A stretch of 64,000 nt of DNA, taken from assembly GCA_965277405.1 (NCBI GenBank), contig OZ255726.1, positions 672,001 through 736,000 of the forward strand. The letters are read 5' to 3'. Below the pieces are notes generated by a model. It was not told where the DNA came from. It did no database searches and saw only the letters and a program-made list of their open reading frames with translations. Positions 21,512-31,734 of the stretch are shown here, in pieces. Position 1 is the first letter of the stretch; each line of letters starts with the position of its first letter. The position numbers were made by a program, and so were the translations under genes. The stretch is from Gammaproteobacteria bacterium. Lineage in GTDB: Bacteria; Pseudomonadota; Gammaproteobacteria; G965277405.

Positions 21512-21681
21512 CACAAACTTGCAATTACGGGGGGGTATAAATATTTTGCGCACCAAATATACCCCAAAATAATCATTTATCATAGGACATATCATAAAAG
21601 GAGAATATACAAATAAGCTCGTTATCCCTGATAAAACCTAGGTTTTAAACGCTCACAATACTACAGCATACAAATAACTAG

Positions 21682-21755
21682 TGGCTATGGGTGGACTTGA
21701 ACCACCGACCCCAGCATTATGAATGCTGTGCTCTAACCAGCTGAGCTACATAGCC
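21682..21755 (-). tRNA. tRNA-Met(CAT), elongator type; 3' CCA not encoded (CTA)
   Basis: GGCTATGTAGCTCAGCTGGTTAGAGC ACAGCATTCATAATGCTG GGGTCGGTGGTTCAAGTCCACCCATAGCCA. Confidence 0.95.
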
Positions 21756-21759
21756 AAAA

Positions 21760-21835
21760 TGGCTCCTCGGGCAGGGCTCGAACCTGCGACAAATTGATTA
21801 ACAGTCAACTGCTCTACCAACTGAGCTACCGAGGA
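21760..21835 (-). tRNA. tRNA-Asn(GTT)
   Basis: TCCTCGGTAGCTCAGTTGGTAGAGC AGTTGACTGTTAATCAATT...GGTTCGAGCCCTGCCCGAGGAGCCA. Confidence 0.96.
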
Positions 21836-21954
21836 ATAACAGCGGCAAGAATAGTATGCATTCCGCTGCATTCCGTCAATCTCTCTACGGTGTCAAATAG
21901 CGTTTATTGTTTATTTCTATGACTTTCTTAGGTTTGTACTAAACTGCAACAAGG

Positions 21955-22680
21955 TTATTTGTTGGTGGTTTTTTGATATAATGCGCGTAGTGGGGCAAGG
22001 TCTTGCCACGTTTGCTTGCGTGTTGTTTCATCGTGTAGCAGTGTTGTCGCATCAAGACTGACAATCGTCGGTATACCCATAAATTCGTGCAATGCTTCTT
22101 GTTGTAACGCGTTAAAGGGCTTGTCTATAAATATATATTTGCTCACAAGTTCCCCGAGGCATATTAAAAAATCAAAGGAATTTCTGCTGCGTGAGCCATT
22201 GAGTGATGCGCGCAACGAGGCACAGGCAACATCAAAGCCTTGATCAAATTTTTGGATTGGTAATTGTGGCCAATTAAAGCGATGTTGTAGCTGTTGTTGA
22301 CCTGCGGCAACGACTTTGCAGTTGACGAGCATCCGCGCAATCAGGGCAACATGTTGCGAGGTATCGTTGAGCAATTGGTCGACAGAAAACACCACCATCA
22401 CGGCTCCAAGTTGCACCAGCATTAAGGAAAATGGTGCCACGGGCTTAGCGGTTGCAGGCGGTGCTGTTATGGGTGTTGTGGCAACTTTTTTGACTGGTTG
22501 CTGTGGATTTGCTTGTCGCATTAAATGACTTGGCAGCGGCACACTTGGCGCAACAACTTGCTGCATATTTGCTGCCGCTACAGCAGGTTGCGGTGTTATT
22601 TCATTTGCTTGTTGACGCAGTTGCCAGATAGTAATACCGAGCGTCCGTAACATGTCATATTTTCTTGCGGTTATACCCAT
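21955..22680 (-). CDS. Probable long-form DNA polymerase III psi subunit (HolD-like)
   Basis: N-terminal L..LGIT.WQLR and C-terminal RK..WQDL motifs separated by a Pro/Ala/Gln linker, as in pseudomonad-type psi. Confidence 0.5.
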   Translation of the reverse strand: MGITARKYDMLRTLGITIWQLRQQANEITPQPAVAAANMQQVVAPSVPLPSHLMRQANPQQPVKKVATTPITAPPATAKPVAPFSLMLVQLGAVMVVFSVDQLLNDTSQHVALIARMLVNCKVVAAGQQQLQHRFNWPQLPIQKFDQGFDVACASLRASLNGSRSRNSFDFLICLGELVSKYIFIDKPFNALQQEALHEFMGIPTIVSLDATTLLHDETTRKQTWQDLAPLRALYQKTTNK

Positions 22681-22699
22681 AAATGACCCATAAATGATA

Positions 22700-24232
22700 T
22701 TAGACGGTTGGTGGGCAGAGGATTTTCGGCACCGCTAAAGCGTTTAACGCGCTAATATATGCTTTACCAGCAGCTATGACGATATCTGTATCCGCAGCAA
22801 CGCCATTAACAATTCTACCAGCGTTTTCTAAGCGCACACTTGCCTCGCCTTGGGACTCACTTTCGTCGGTTGTGGCGTTGATTGAAAACAATTTAAGTTC
22901 TGCACCAGAATTCATTATTTTTTCTATAGCCTTAAATAATGCATCAACTGGTCCATTCCCTGTTGCTTGCTGTTGGTACAGTTCGTCTTCCCAAAATATT
23001 GCAACATTGGCGGTGGCGACCCCATTAAGTTTTGATGTTATTGCAACATCCTTCAAGGTAATCTGGTCTTGGTATGGCTCGTTATCAGATAACAATGCAA
23101 ATAAGTCTTCATCATAAATGTCATGCTTTTTATCAGCTAATGCTTTAAACCGTACAAATAATTCTCCCATTTGTTCGGCATTGACTTGGACACCCAGCCG
23201 CTGCAACCGATCTAATAATGCACGGCGACCAGAATGCTTACCAAGTACCAATTTATTGGCATTCCAACCAACATCTTTGGCTTCCATAATTTCATACGTC
23301 TCGCGGTGTTTTAATACACCATCTTGATGAATACCAGCCTCATGTGCGAAAGCATTTGCACCAACAATGGCTTTGTTGGGCTGCACTGCATAGCCCGTTA
23401 TTTGCGATATCAATTTTGAGGTGCTGACAATTTGTGTTGTATCAATATTTGTCGTTAAGCCAAAATGGTCTTTGCGGGTGCGCAACGCCATAACTACCTC
23501 TTCTAACGCGGCATTCCCCGCTCGTTCGCCAATACCGTTTATGGTTGCTTCTATCTGTCTGGCTCCAGCATCTATAGCTGCCAATGTGTTGGCAACGGCC
23601 AATCCCAGATCATTGTGGCAATGGGTAGAAAACACCACTTTGTCGGCGTTTGGTATCGCTGCAATCAACTTTCTGACGGTTTCGCCAAATTGGTGTGGTA
23701 ATGCATATCCGACAGTGTCGGGAATATTAACGGTTCCTGCCCCTGCTTGTATTGCTGCGGTGAGCAAACGCACGAGAAAGTCAAAGTCGCTGCGACCAGC
23801 GTCTTCTGCTGAAAACTCAACATCATCGCACATATTACGCGCACGTTTCACTGCAAACACGGCCTGATCTACAACTTGATCTGCTGTCATTTTCAGCTTG
23901 TACTGCATGTGGATAGGGGAGGATGCAATAAAAACATGGATTCTTGCTGCCTCTGCTTGGCGTAATGCCTCGCCAGCACGGTCTATATCTGTGCCTATCG
24001 CTCGGGCAAGCGAGCAGATACGTGCGTTTTTTACTTGTTGGGCTACGCTGCGCACCGCTTCAAAGTCGCCGACACTGGCGTTTGCAAAACCCGCCTCAAT
24101 AACATCTACACCAAGTGCTGATAATTTATGGGCAATACGGATTTTTTGTTCCTTGGTCATGGATGCGCCAGGACTTTGTTCGCCGTCGCGCAATGTGGTA
24201 TCAAATATTGTTACATTATTATTCGTTTGCAT
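22700..24232 (-). CDS. leuA: 2-isopropylmalate synthase
   Basis: IFDTTLRDGEQSPG, HCHNDLGLAVAN, GIGERAGN, HEAGIHQDG, GNGPVDA. Confidence 0.98.
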   Translation of the reverse strand: MQTNNNVTIFDTTLRDGEQSPGASMTKEQKIRIAHKLSALGVDVIEAGFANASVGDFEAVRSVAQQVKNARICSLARAIGTDIDRAGEALRQAEAARIHVFIASSPIHMQYKLKMTADQVVDQAVFAVKRARNMCDDVEFSAEDAGRSDFDFLVRLLTAAIQAGAGTVNIPDTVGYALPHQFGETVRKLIAAIPNADKVVFSTHCHNDLGLAVANTLAAIDAGARQIEATINGIGERAGNAALEEVVMALRTRKDHFGLTTNIDTTQIVSTSKLISQITGYAVQPNKAIVGANAFAHEAGIHQDGVLKHRETYEIMEAKDVGWNANKLVLGKHSGRRALLDRLQRLGVQVNAEQMGELFVRFKALADKKHDIYDEDLFALLSDNEPYQDQITLKDVAITSKLNGVATANVAIFWEDELYQQQATGNGPVDALFKAIEKIMNSGAELKLFSINATTDESESQGEASVRLENAGRIVNGVAADTDIVIAAGKAYISALNALAVPKILCPPTV

Positions 24233-24302
24233 ATGACTTCCTGCTAGAAAGTGTGTGAAAAAATTATACGATAGGGTTTACTGGGAGGGGGGTATATCTG
24301 CC

Positions 24303-24371
24303 TTACGGCAGCAGCAGGAATCCTCTGAGCAATACAGCACTGCGTAAATGCAATTGTTGAATGGATGTCAT
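24303..24371 (-). promoter_or_regulatory. Leu-rich leader peptide / attenuator of leuA
   Basis: MTSIQQLHLRSAVLLRGFLLLP* (7 Leu of 22) ending 70 bp upstream of leuA; hairpin CTGCC-GTAA-GGCAG over the stop codon. Confidence 0.7.
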
Positions 24372-24503
24372 ATTGATGGGGAATGACCTTGAATAATCGA
24401 ATAACTCGTAAAGGTTACACAGCAACAAGTCAAATGCAATATCATAATTGTTTACCTTGCGTACAATTAGTGTCAATATGACTTTTTGACAATTTATATG
24501 ATT

Positions 24504-24968
24504 ATGAAAAGCGCACCCGCAGTCATAGATCAACTACAAGCACAGCTTTGCAATGAGTTGACCGCCATAAATCAATATTTCCTGCATAGTAAAATGCTGT
24601 CAAACTGGGGGTTTACCCAGCTGGCAAAAAAAGAATACGAAGAGTCTATAGGTGAAATGAAACACGCCGATATGTTGGTAGATCGTATTTTAATGCTCGA
24701 CGGCGCTCCCAACATGGAAAGTATAGGCAATCTTGGCATTGGTATGACTGTTGAAGAAATGTTGCAAAGTGATTTACGCTTAGAAACTGCGGCACAACAA
24801 ACCGTGAAGAATGGCATAGCAGCCGCAGAACAACACAATGACTTTGTTTCACGCGGTATACTGGAAACTATTCTCTCCGATACTGAAGAACATATTGATT
24901 ATTTAGAAACTCAACATGAAGTCATTAGCAAAGTTGGATTGCAAAACTACTTGCAATCAATTTTATAG
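24504..24968 (+). CDS. bfr: Bacterioferritin
   Basis: NELTAINQYFLH, ESI.EMKHAD, RIL.L.G.PN, TEEHID.LETQ, GLQNYLQS. Confidence 0.97.
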   Translation: MKSAPAVIDQLQAQLCNELTAINQYFLHSKMLSNWGFTQLAKKEYEESIGEMKHADMLVDRILMLDGAPNMESIGNLGIGMTVEEMLQSDLRLETAAQQTVKNGIAAAEQHNDFVSRGILETILSDTEEHIDYLETQHEVISKVGLQNYLQSIL

Positions 24969-25051
24969 CTAAAAACGTCCGTTGGCGCGAGCAGTTCAAG
25001 CCATTTTAGGGTAATCCCAAGCTACTAAGCAACAGCATCTAAACGCTCTAC

Positions 25052-25080
25052 ACCGCCAATACTGTGACAGTATTGGCGGT
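25052..25080. terminator. Perfect inverted repeat between convergent genes
   Basis: ACCGCCAATACTGT-G-ACAGTATTGGCGGT. Confidence 0.55.
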
Positions 25081-25482
25081 ATGCATGGTAGATACGTGCT
25101 AAACGTAACATATGCTGTTGATTATCACTTTGCAAATGAGCTTTGTTAAATTCCTCAACGGTGGACTGTATTCAGATTGATTACCGTGTCTGTATGGGAT
25201 GCAGCAAACGCACGGTTGGTTGTATTGATGATTGATATTTGCATTCAAGTTCTTTTTGCTTGGCATAATTCGTGCCGACACGTTGATACAATGGTTGCTG
25301 CTGCAGTTACGCAAAATTCTTGGAGCCATATTGGAGCCATAATAGTAGTGCAACTGAAACAACATTTGTTTAAATTATTTTGGCTGGTGCTGGTATGTTG
25401 TGTCTTGTTCGTTGGTATCACCATGCTATTTTAGGATTGATACAACTAGCCTACAATTATTGCAGCCTGTGCATAGCTGGTA

Positions 25483-27468
25483 TCATCTCACTGCATACAC
25501 TGTGAGTATGTTAGCGGGGATATGTATGGCTGCTGTGGTACTTGTCAGCGAGATTTTCCAATAGCCAAAAGCAATTTCTCCAAAAAAACCTTGATGCACA
25601 ATACGCTGTTGCTTGTTAGCATCGACAACAAGTTGATAACTTGTGCCGCTGGGTGAAGTGATTTTTACCTCCACTGCTCCGACGATTTCTGCAGCCAACT
25701 CTACAGAGATTGATGCAACTGTTGCCCCTACTGCATCAATCAACACATTAGCGGCGTTGGCTTGTTTTGATGTGATTTTTTTTGATGATTTGACTACCAC
25801 AGGCTGCTTCGAAGCAGCCACATAGCTCTGCGCATATTGTATGGCAGCATTGACGTTGATTGTGCCAAAACCATCGATTTGGCTATATGTATATCCCGCG
25901 GCATTAGTGTTATTCTGCCCGTTGACGGGGTCAGCCGTTACCGCCAATATTTTTTTCAGATCATACAATGTCAATGTTGTTTGCTGGACAACCATAGTCA
26001 ATGCTGCTGCTGCGACAGCTCCGATAACATCAGCGCTGCAACTATGCTGTTGACAATTCAATGTTTTTGCTGCTGGTAACGACACCCACACCTGCGGTGC
26101 CTGCGCAACACCACCGACCATTCGAAAATATATTGGTTGCACAGCAACTGGCTGAAATGCGCACAAATCACAATCTGTATTGACCACTGCAGCCACAATA
26201 CTCATAGAGTTTGTAAGCCATGCATCATCTACGGCGCTGGCGACACCTGCTACAGTGGTGTTGAGTTGCACTACTGTATTTGCCTGCGCAGCTAGTTTTT
26301 GCAACTTGTTATCTTGCAGAATCAATTTGGAGCTTTGATACTCTACTGTGGCTGCTGGTATCAGTCCTTGTTGCGTAGTATTCCAGTTTTGCAGTATCCG
26401 CTGATACCAATAGCGTGGCACGGTTGTCATATCGACGTTATTCGAGACAAATACAATTGACACACCTTTACCAATATCTTTACCAAGAATGACGCCTTGC
26501 TGCGCGCGCAATGCTTGCATAAGTGTCGGTACTAATTTGCCTGTATTGATACCATCATAAATCACCTGAATTTTTGCACTGCTGTTTGATGAAATTTTGC
26601 CGCTTGCATCTTTTACTGATAAATACAAAAGTAGCTGCTCAGTGCCATCGGCAATTACGCCATATAATGGCAATTGAACCACTTCTATTTGTGTGTTTTT
26701 TTGTTGGGGAAAATCAATCCAGTTAACATTTTCTTGTAGGGAAACATGGTGGGTTGTTACGCTCCATTGCAAAACAGGCACGGCACTGCTCGCAACAATT
26801 CGGACGTCGACAAAGGCTTGATCGTTATCGACGACATCCTTGATAAATGAAATGGATGACTGCAACTTTTCGCGATTATTTACAACGATAACTTGGATAT
26901 ATGTATTGGCAACAAAGCCATCCAGTTCAGCTTGAACATTGATATAACCTGAGCCCTGTGCATGCAAAACCCCTTGCGGTGTAATTTGCGCTAAGTCAGA
27001 ATTCAGCACAGACCAATTTACAGTATTACTAACATCGCTGCGTTTGCCATTACTTAAATATCCATTCGCTATCAATTGATAACTGCTGTCTGTTTGCATG
27101 GTAATTGTATGCTGTACAGGAATTGCTATGCGCGTTAATGCCGCAGGAAAAACTTGAATAAACTGCAGTTGAGTGATGTCGCCATAGCTGACGTTGACAT
27201 TGGCACTGCCTACCGCTAATGCTTCTATTAAACCATCAGCTTGAATACTAATAATGCTGGTATTGTCACTTGACCATGTTACTTGCGCTGAAATATTGTC
27301 GCGCAGCGCTCCGTCACCAAAAAACGCATACAGTTGGAGTAACTGACCGACATGCATCGACTTTTGTGCAGGGACGATGTCAATGGCTAAGGCAGAAAAC
27401 GCCTGCGACGACGTTGTGCCAATTCCTAGGCAAATACCAAATACAATAAATTGGACAATACGATTCAT
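25483..27468 (-). CDS. Secreted protein: two Ig-like (Big_2) domains + degenerate S8/kexin domain + P-domain
   Basis: Signal peptide; VTWSSDN..I..I...GLI.A..VG and VNWSV.N...A.I...G.L.A.G.G; LT..D.K.ILA.TA, NAAGY.YS...GFG.IN...A; ITSPSGT, FFGE...G.W.I. Confidence 0.7.
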   Translation of the reverse strand: MNRIVQFIVFGICLGIGTTSSQAFSALAIDIVPAQKSMHVGQLLQLYAFFGDGALRDNISAQVTWSSDNTSIISIQADGLIEALAVGSANVNVSYGDITQLQFIQVFPAALTRIAIPVQHTITMQTDSSYQLIANGYLSNGKRSDVSNTVNWSVLNSDLAQITPQGVLHAQGSGYINVQAELDGFVANTYIQVIVVNNREKLQSSISFIKDVVDNDQAFVDVRIVASSAVPVLQWSVTTHHVSLQENVNWIDFPQQKNTQIEVVQLPLYGVIADGTEQLLLYLSVKDASGKISSNSSAKIQVIYDGINTGKLVPTLMQALRAQQGVILGKDIGKGVSIVFVSNNVDMTTVPRYWYQRILQNWNTTQQGLIPAATVEYQSSKLILQDNKLQKLAAQANTVVQLNTTVAGVASAVDDAWLTNSMSIVAAVVNTDCDLCAFQPVAVQPIYFRMVGGVAQAPQVWVSLPAAKTLNCQQHSCSADVIGAVAAAALTMVVQQTTLTLYDLKKILAVTADPVNGQNNTNAAGYTYSQIDGFGTINVNAAIQYAQSYVAASKQPVVVKSSKKITSKQANAANVLIDAVGATVASISVELAAEIVGAVEVKITSPSGTSYQLVVDANKQQRIVHQGFFGEIAFGYWKISLTSTTAAIHIPANILTVYAVR

Positions 27469-27753
27469 GACAACAACGTTGAGATAAAGGCTGTTGTTAT
27501 ATTTGTTAATGATTATATATGAGAGAAATTTAAAAAAGATAATAGCACGGTTGTCAACCAAAGTTCATGTAGTTTTCTGCCTCTTATATATTGCTGATGA
27601 AGCCCTTCGACAAAGCCTCTATAGTTATTAAGCAATACAAAACAAGTTGCATAGCAAAGTATATAATGCAATACCAATATTATCTGTCACAGACAGGTAT
27701 CCATAATTTTACCGTGTAGTATAACAGGTATTCCTTTACTCCTACCAAACACC

Positions 27754-29022
27754 TTGCTTAGCCCATCTCGTAGTGCCATTCTCCATATTCGCAGCTCCAT
27801 TCAAAAAATTATTTCTTTCGATGCTTCAAGTGGGATATTCCTGTTAATCGCAGCTGCAGTTGCCCTTGGAATAGCCAACTCCCCATTGAGTGAATGGTAT
27901 CAACATTGGTTACACACACCAATGGCGCTGAGTGTTGGTGGTTTTTCATTATCAATGAGCCTCGCCCATTTTATCAACGATGCGTTAATGGCAATATTTT
28001 TCTTGCTCATTGGCATAGAAATTAAACGAGAAGTACTGATTGGGCAATTGTCTAAAACATCCCAAATAACCTTTCCCGCTGTTGCTGCAGTTGGCGGTAT
28101 GGCCGCCCCTGCTTTGATTTTTCTTATCTTTAACATCAACACTGCAGCAGCACGCGGCTGGGCCATACCATCGGCAACAGATATTGCTTTTGCTGTTGGA
28201 GTTTTAGCATTGCTAGGTGATCGTGTTCCCCGCGGGGCGACATTATTTTTGCTGGCTGTTGCAATCATTGATGACTTTGGTGCCATCATAATTATTGCTT
28301 TTTTTTATACCAGTGAACTGAATATAGATGCAATGATTGCTGCTGGATGCTGTGCATTTTTGTTGCTACTGCTTAATATTTTACTTATCCGCCATGCAAT
28401 TGCATATTTAATCATTGGCGCGATAATGTGGTATTTCGTGTTGCTCTCAGGCATTCACGCGACACTTGCTGGGGTATTGTTGGCATTGGCAATTCCACTG
28501 CGTTACCCCGAAACCAATGAAAAAATGCCAAAAGTACTGTTGAATGAAATTGAGGGCTATCAGCGTAGTCAGACCCATCCTATGGCTATTCGCTTTGAAC
28601 ATGCGTTCACGTTCACGGTAAGTTTTGTTATTTTGCCACTGTTTGCGTTCGTCAATATGGGTATCCCGCTGGCCGGCATTGGACTGTCTACGCTATTTGA
28701 ACCAGTTGCGCTTGGTGTTTTTCTTGGTTTGCTGATTGGTAAGCCAGTTGGTATTATATTATTTTGTAAACTCATCTGTAAACTTGGTGTTTGTACCTTG
28801 CCTGCAGGCGTTAATAACAGAGTATTGTGGGGGTTAGCGGTATTGTGTGGGATAGGCTTTACTATGAGTTTATTTATTGGAGGATTATCGTTTGCTGAAG
28901 GGAGTGATGTATTGAATCAAGCAAAAATTGGTATACTGTCAGGTTCTATTTGCTCGGCTATTATTGGTCTAACTTTGCTCCATTTTGCCCTCAACAAAAC
29001 AGCTGATTCTGCAACAAATTAA
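27754..29022 (+). CDS. nhaA: Na+/H+ antiporter NhaA
   Basis: INDALMAIFF..IG.EIKRE, GWAIP.ATDIAFA, AIIDD.GAI, SG.HAT.AGV, GIGFTMSLFI. Confidence 0.97.
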   Translation: MLSPSRSAILHIRSSIQKIISFDASSGIFLLIAAAVALGIANSPLSEWYQHWLHTPMALSVGGFSLSMSLAHFINDALMAIFFLLIGIEIKREVLIGQLSKTSQITFPAVAAVGGMAAPALIFLIFNINTAAARGWAIPSATDIAFAVGVLALLGDRVPRGATLFLLAVAIIDDFGAIIIIAFFYTSELNIDAMIAAGCCAFLLLLLNILLIRHAIAYLIIGAIMWYFVLLSGIHATLAGVLLALAIPLRYPETNEKMPKVLLNEIEGYQRSQTHPMAIRFEHAFTFTVSFVILPLFAFVNMGIPLAGIGLSTLFEPVALGVFLGLLIGKPVGIILFCKLICKLGVCTLPAGVNNRVLWGLAVLCGIGFTMSLFIGGLSFAEGSDVLNQAKIGILSGSICSAIIGLTLLHFALNKTADSATN

Positions 29023-29046
29023 CCCTGTATACATACGCAATAATTC

Positions 29047-31710
29047 ATGTTCAATGCAATCGCCAGCAGTGTTTTTGGCTCAAAAAATGATCGCGAACTC
29101 AAACGCATGTCACGTTACATCACGGCGATCTCTCAATTCGAAGCAACAATCACAGACCTTGAAGATGCACAATTGGCACAACGACTGCAAGCACTACGCG
29201 ATAAACACCGCAACGCAGGAGCAGCGTTAGACACACTATTACCAGAGTGCTTTGCTTTGGTGCGTGAAGCCGGGAAAAGAGCGCTCTCAATGCGCCACTT
29301 TGATGTGCAAATGCTCGGAGGTATTGCTCTCCATCAAGGCAATATTGCTGAAATGCCAACTGGTGAAGGAAAAACCTTAGCCGCCACGCTGCCTGCTGTA
29401 CTGAATGCCCTCACTGGGAATGGTGTGCACATTGTTACAGTCAACGACTATCTTGCTAAGCGTGACGCCAAATGGATGGAACCTGCGTATGCGATGTTGG
29501 GCTTGACAGTTGGCTCAATCGTTTCTGGGCAAGATCACGATAGTAAAAAAGCCGCGTATAGCTGTGATATTACCTATGCAACAAACAACGAACTTGGCTT
29601 TGATTATTTGCGCGATAATATGGCGTTAGAGTCAGCTCAACTGGTGCAACGCGGATTAAATTTTGCAATAATTGATGAAGTCGATTCAATTTTAATAGAT
29701 GAGGCGCGAACTCCGCTGGTTATTTCTGGATCGACTGTCGATAACACCGATATTTATGTCGCAATCGACACCATGATTCCCAAGCTCACCCCAGCGGTAG
29801 CCGATGAAAACGGTGTCGCGATTGATGATGGCGATTTTATTGTCAACGAAAAAGACCGTAATGTTGAACTCACTGAGCATGGCTATGTCAATGCCGAACA
29901 ACAGCTAGAAAAATTGCGGCTAATGGCTAAGGGCAGCAGCTTATATGACATGCAAAATTTAACATTATTGCACCATATTACTGCAGGACTGCGCGCCCAT
30001 TCTGTTTTCAGCAAGGACATAGACTACATCGTCGATAACAATGAAATCGTCATCATCGATGAACACACTGGTAGGGCAATGCCTGGTAGACGTTGGTCAG
30101 AAGGGCTGCATCAGGCGATTGAAGCCAAGGAGCGTGTTACTATTCAAAATGAATCGCAAACGCTGGCATCAACTTCGTTTCAAAACTATTTTCGTCAATA
30201 CACCAAGCTATCAGGAATGACAGGCACGGCTGATACTGAAGCGTTTGAGTTTCGTGAAATTTATAATTTAGATGTGCGCGTTATTCCGCCCAATCAACCT
30301 TCTACACGAGTTGATCACAATGATCATATATATCTCACTGAGCAAGAAAAATTTGCTGCGGTAGTCATTGATATTCAAGATTGCTTGTCCCGCCACCAGC
30401 CAGTACTTGTTGGGACACCGACGATTGAGCAATCTGAATTGCTAGCCACCTACCTTAGCAAAGCCAAGATTTCACACACCATCTTAAACGCAAAACAACA
30501 CCAACACGAAGCAGAAGTTATCGCCAATGCTGGTAAGTCAGATACTGTTACGATTGCGACCAACATGGCAGGACGTGGCACCGACATTGTGCTTGGAGGT
30601 AACTTGCAAAAGGCTCTTGAACAAAACGACTTAAGCCAACATCCAGCTCTTAAAACACAGTGGAAGGGGAATCATCAAGCGGTTATGGCAGCTGGTGGCT
30701 TGCATATTATTGGGACAGAGCGTCATGAATCACGCCGCATCGACAACCAGCTGCGTGGTCGGTCTGGTCGGCAAGGCGACCCTGGATCATCACGATTCTA
30801 CCTTTCTGTTGACGATAGTTTGATGCGGTTGTTTGCATCAGAAAGAATCAAAAACATGATGCGTTCACTTGGCATGCCATCAGGCGAACCAATCGAGCAT
30901 CGGATGGTAAGCAATGCGATTGAACGTGCGCAACGCAAGGTGGAGAGTCGCAACTTTGATATGCGCAAGCAATTACTCGAATATGATGATATCGCCAACG
31001 AACAACGGATAGCAATATACCAGCAACGCAATGAAATCATGCATAGCAATATCATGATTTCAATTATTGACGGTCTTGCTGAGGATGTGATTCGCAATCA
31101 AGCAATAAAAATTCTCCCGCCACATACCCCGCCGCAACAATGGCCACACCAAGCTATTCAAGAACGGTTGCATACTGACTATGCTATTGATATCGATGTG
31201 GTCGCCATGATTGGCGACTCAGACGACATCAATATCATGATTGATACCCTCGTTGCCAGTTCACAACAACAGTGCCAACGCCAAGCCGACACAATTGATG
31301 AAGTAACACGAAATAGTTTTTTTAGGCAGGTGTTTTTACAAGTTATCGATAATCATTGGAAAACCCATTTACAGCAAATGGATTATCTACGCCAAGGCAT
31401 TCAACTGCGTGGCTATGCACAAAAAAATCCAAAACAGGAATACAAGCGTGAATCGTTTGAATTATTCCAACACATGTTAGAAACCATTAAATTCGATACG
31501 CTGCGGTTAGTCAGCCATATGAACATTCCTTCTGCAGCAGAGGTTATCCAAATGCAACAACAACGGCGGCGAGAGGCAGAACGTGCCCAGCAACAGCGAG
31601 AGCAGCAGACTGGGCAACCAATTACGCGTTCTGGAGAAAAAATTGGCAGAAATGCGCTGTGTCCGTGCGGGTCTGGAAAAAAATATAAATATTGTCACGG
31701 AAAATTGTGA
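29047..31710 (+). CDS. secA: Preprotein translocase ATPase SecA
   Basis: [73 protein letters not shown]. Confidence 0.99.
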   Translation: MFNAIASSVFGSKNDRELKRMSRYITAISQFEATITDLEDAQLAQRLQALRDKHRNAGAALDTLLPECFALVREAGKRALSMRHFDVQMLGGIALHQGNIAEMPTGEGKTLAATLPAVLNALTGNGVHIVTVNDYLAKRDAKWMEPAYAMLGLTVGSIVSGQDHDSKKAAYSCDITYATNNELGFDYLRDNMALESAQLVQRGLNFAIIDEVDSILIDEARTPLVISGSTVDNTDIYVAIDTMIPKLTPAVADENGVAIDDGDFIVNEKDRNVELTEHGYVNAEQQLEKLRLMAKGSSLYDMQNLTLLHHITAGLRAHSVFSKDIDYIVDNNEIVIIDEHTGRAMPGRRWSEGLHQAIEAKERVTIQNESQTLASTSFQNYFRQYTKLSGMTGTADTEAFEFREIYNLDVRVIPPNQPSTRVDHNDHIYLTEQEKFAAVVIDIQDCLSRHQPVLVGTPTIEQSELLATYLSKAKISHTILNAKQHQHEAEVIANAGKSDTVTIATNMAGRGTDIVLGGNLQKALEQNDLSQHPALKTQWKGNHQAVMAAGGLHIIGTERHESRRIDNQLRGRSGRQGDPGSSRFYLSVDDSLMRLFASERIKNMMRSLGMPSGEPIEHRMVSNAIERAQRKVESRNFDMRKQLLEYDDIANEQRIAIYQQRNEIMHSNIMISIIDGLAEDVIRNQAIKILPPHTPPQQWPHQAIQERLHTDYAIDIDVVAMIGDSDDINIMIDTLVASSQQQCQRQADTIDEVTRNSFFRQVFLQVIDNHWKTHLQQMDYLRQGIQLRGYAQKNPKQEYKRESFELFQHMLETIKFDTLRLVSHMNIPSAAEVIQMQQQRRREAERAQQQREQQTGQPITRSGEKIGRNALCPCGSGKKYKYCHGKL

Positions 31711-31734
31711 CACAACAACACAGCTGTATACCTC

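Noticed and set aside
24428-24452. Fur box upstream of bfr (AATGCAATATCATAATT)
   Set aside because: Too many mismatches to GATAATGATAATCATTATC in an AT-rich region
25099-25434. Two overlapping short ORFs downstream of bfr
   Set aside because: No motifs, RBS or family resemblance; cannot be supported
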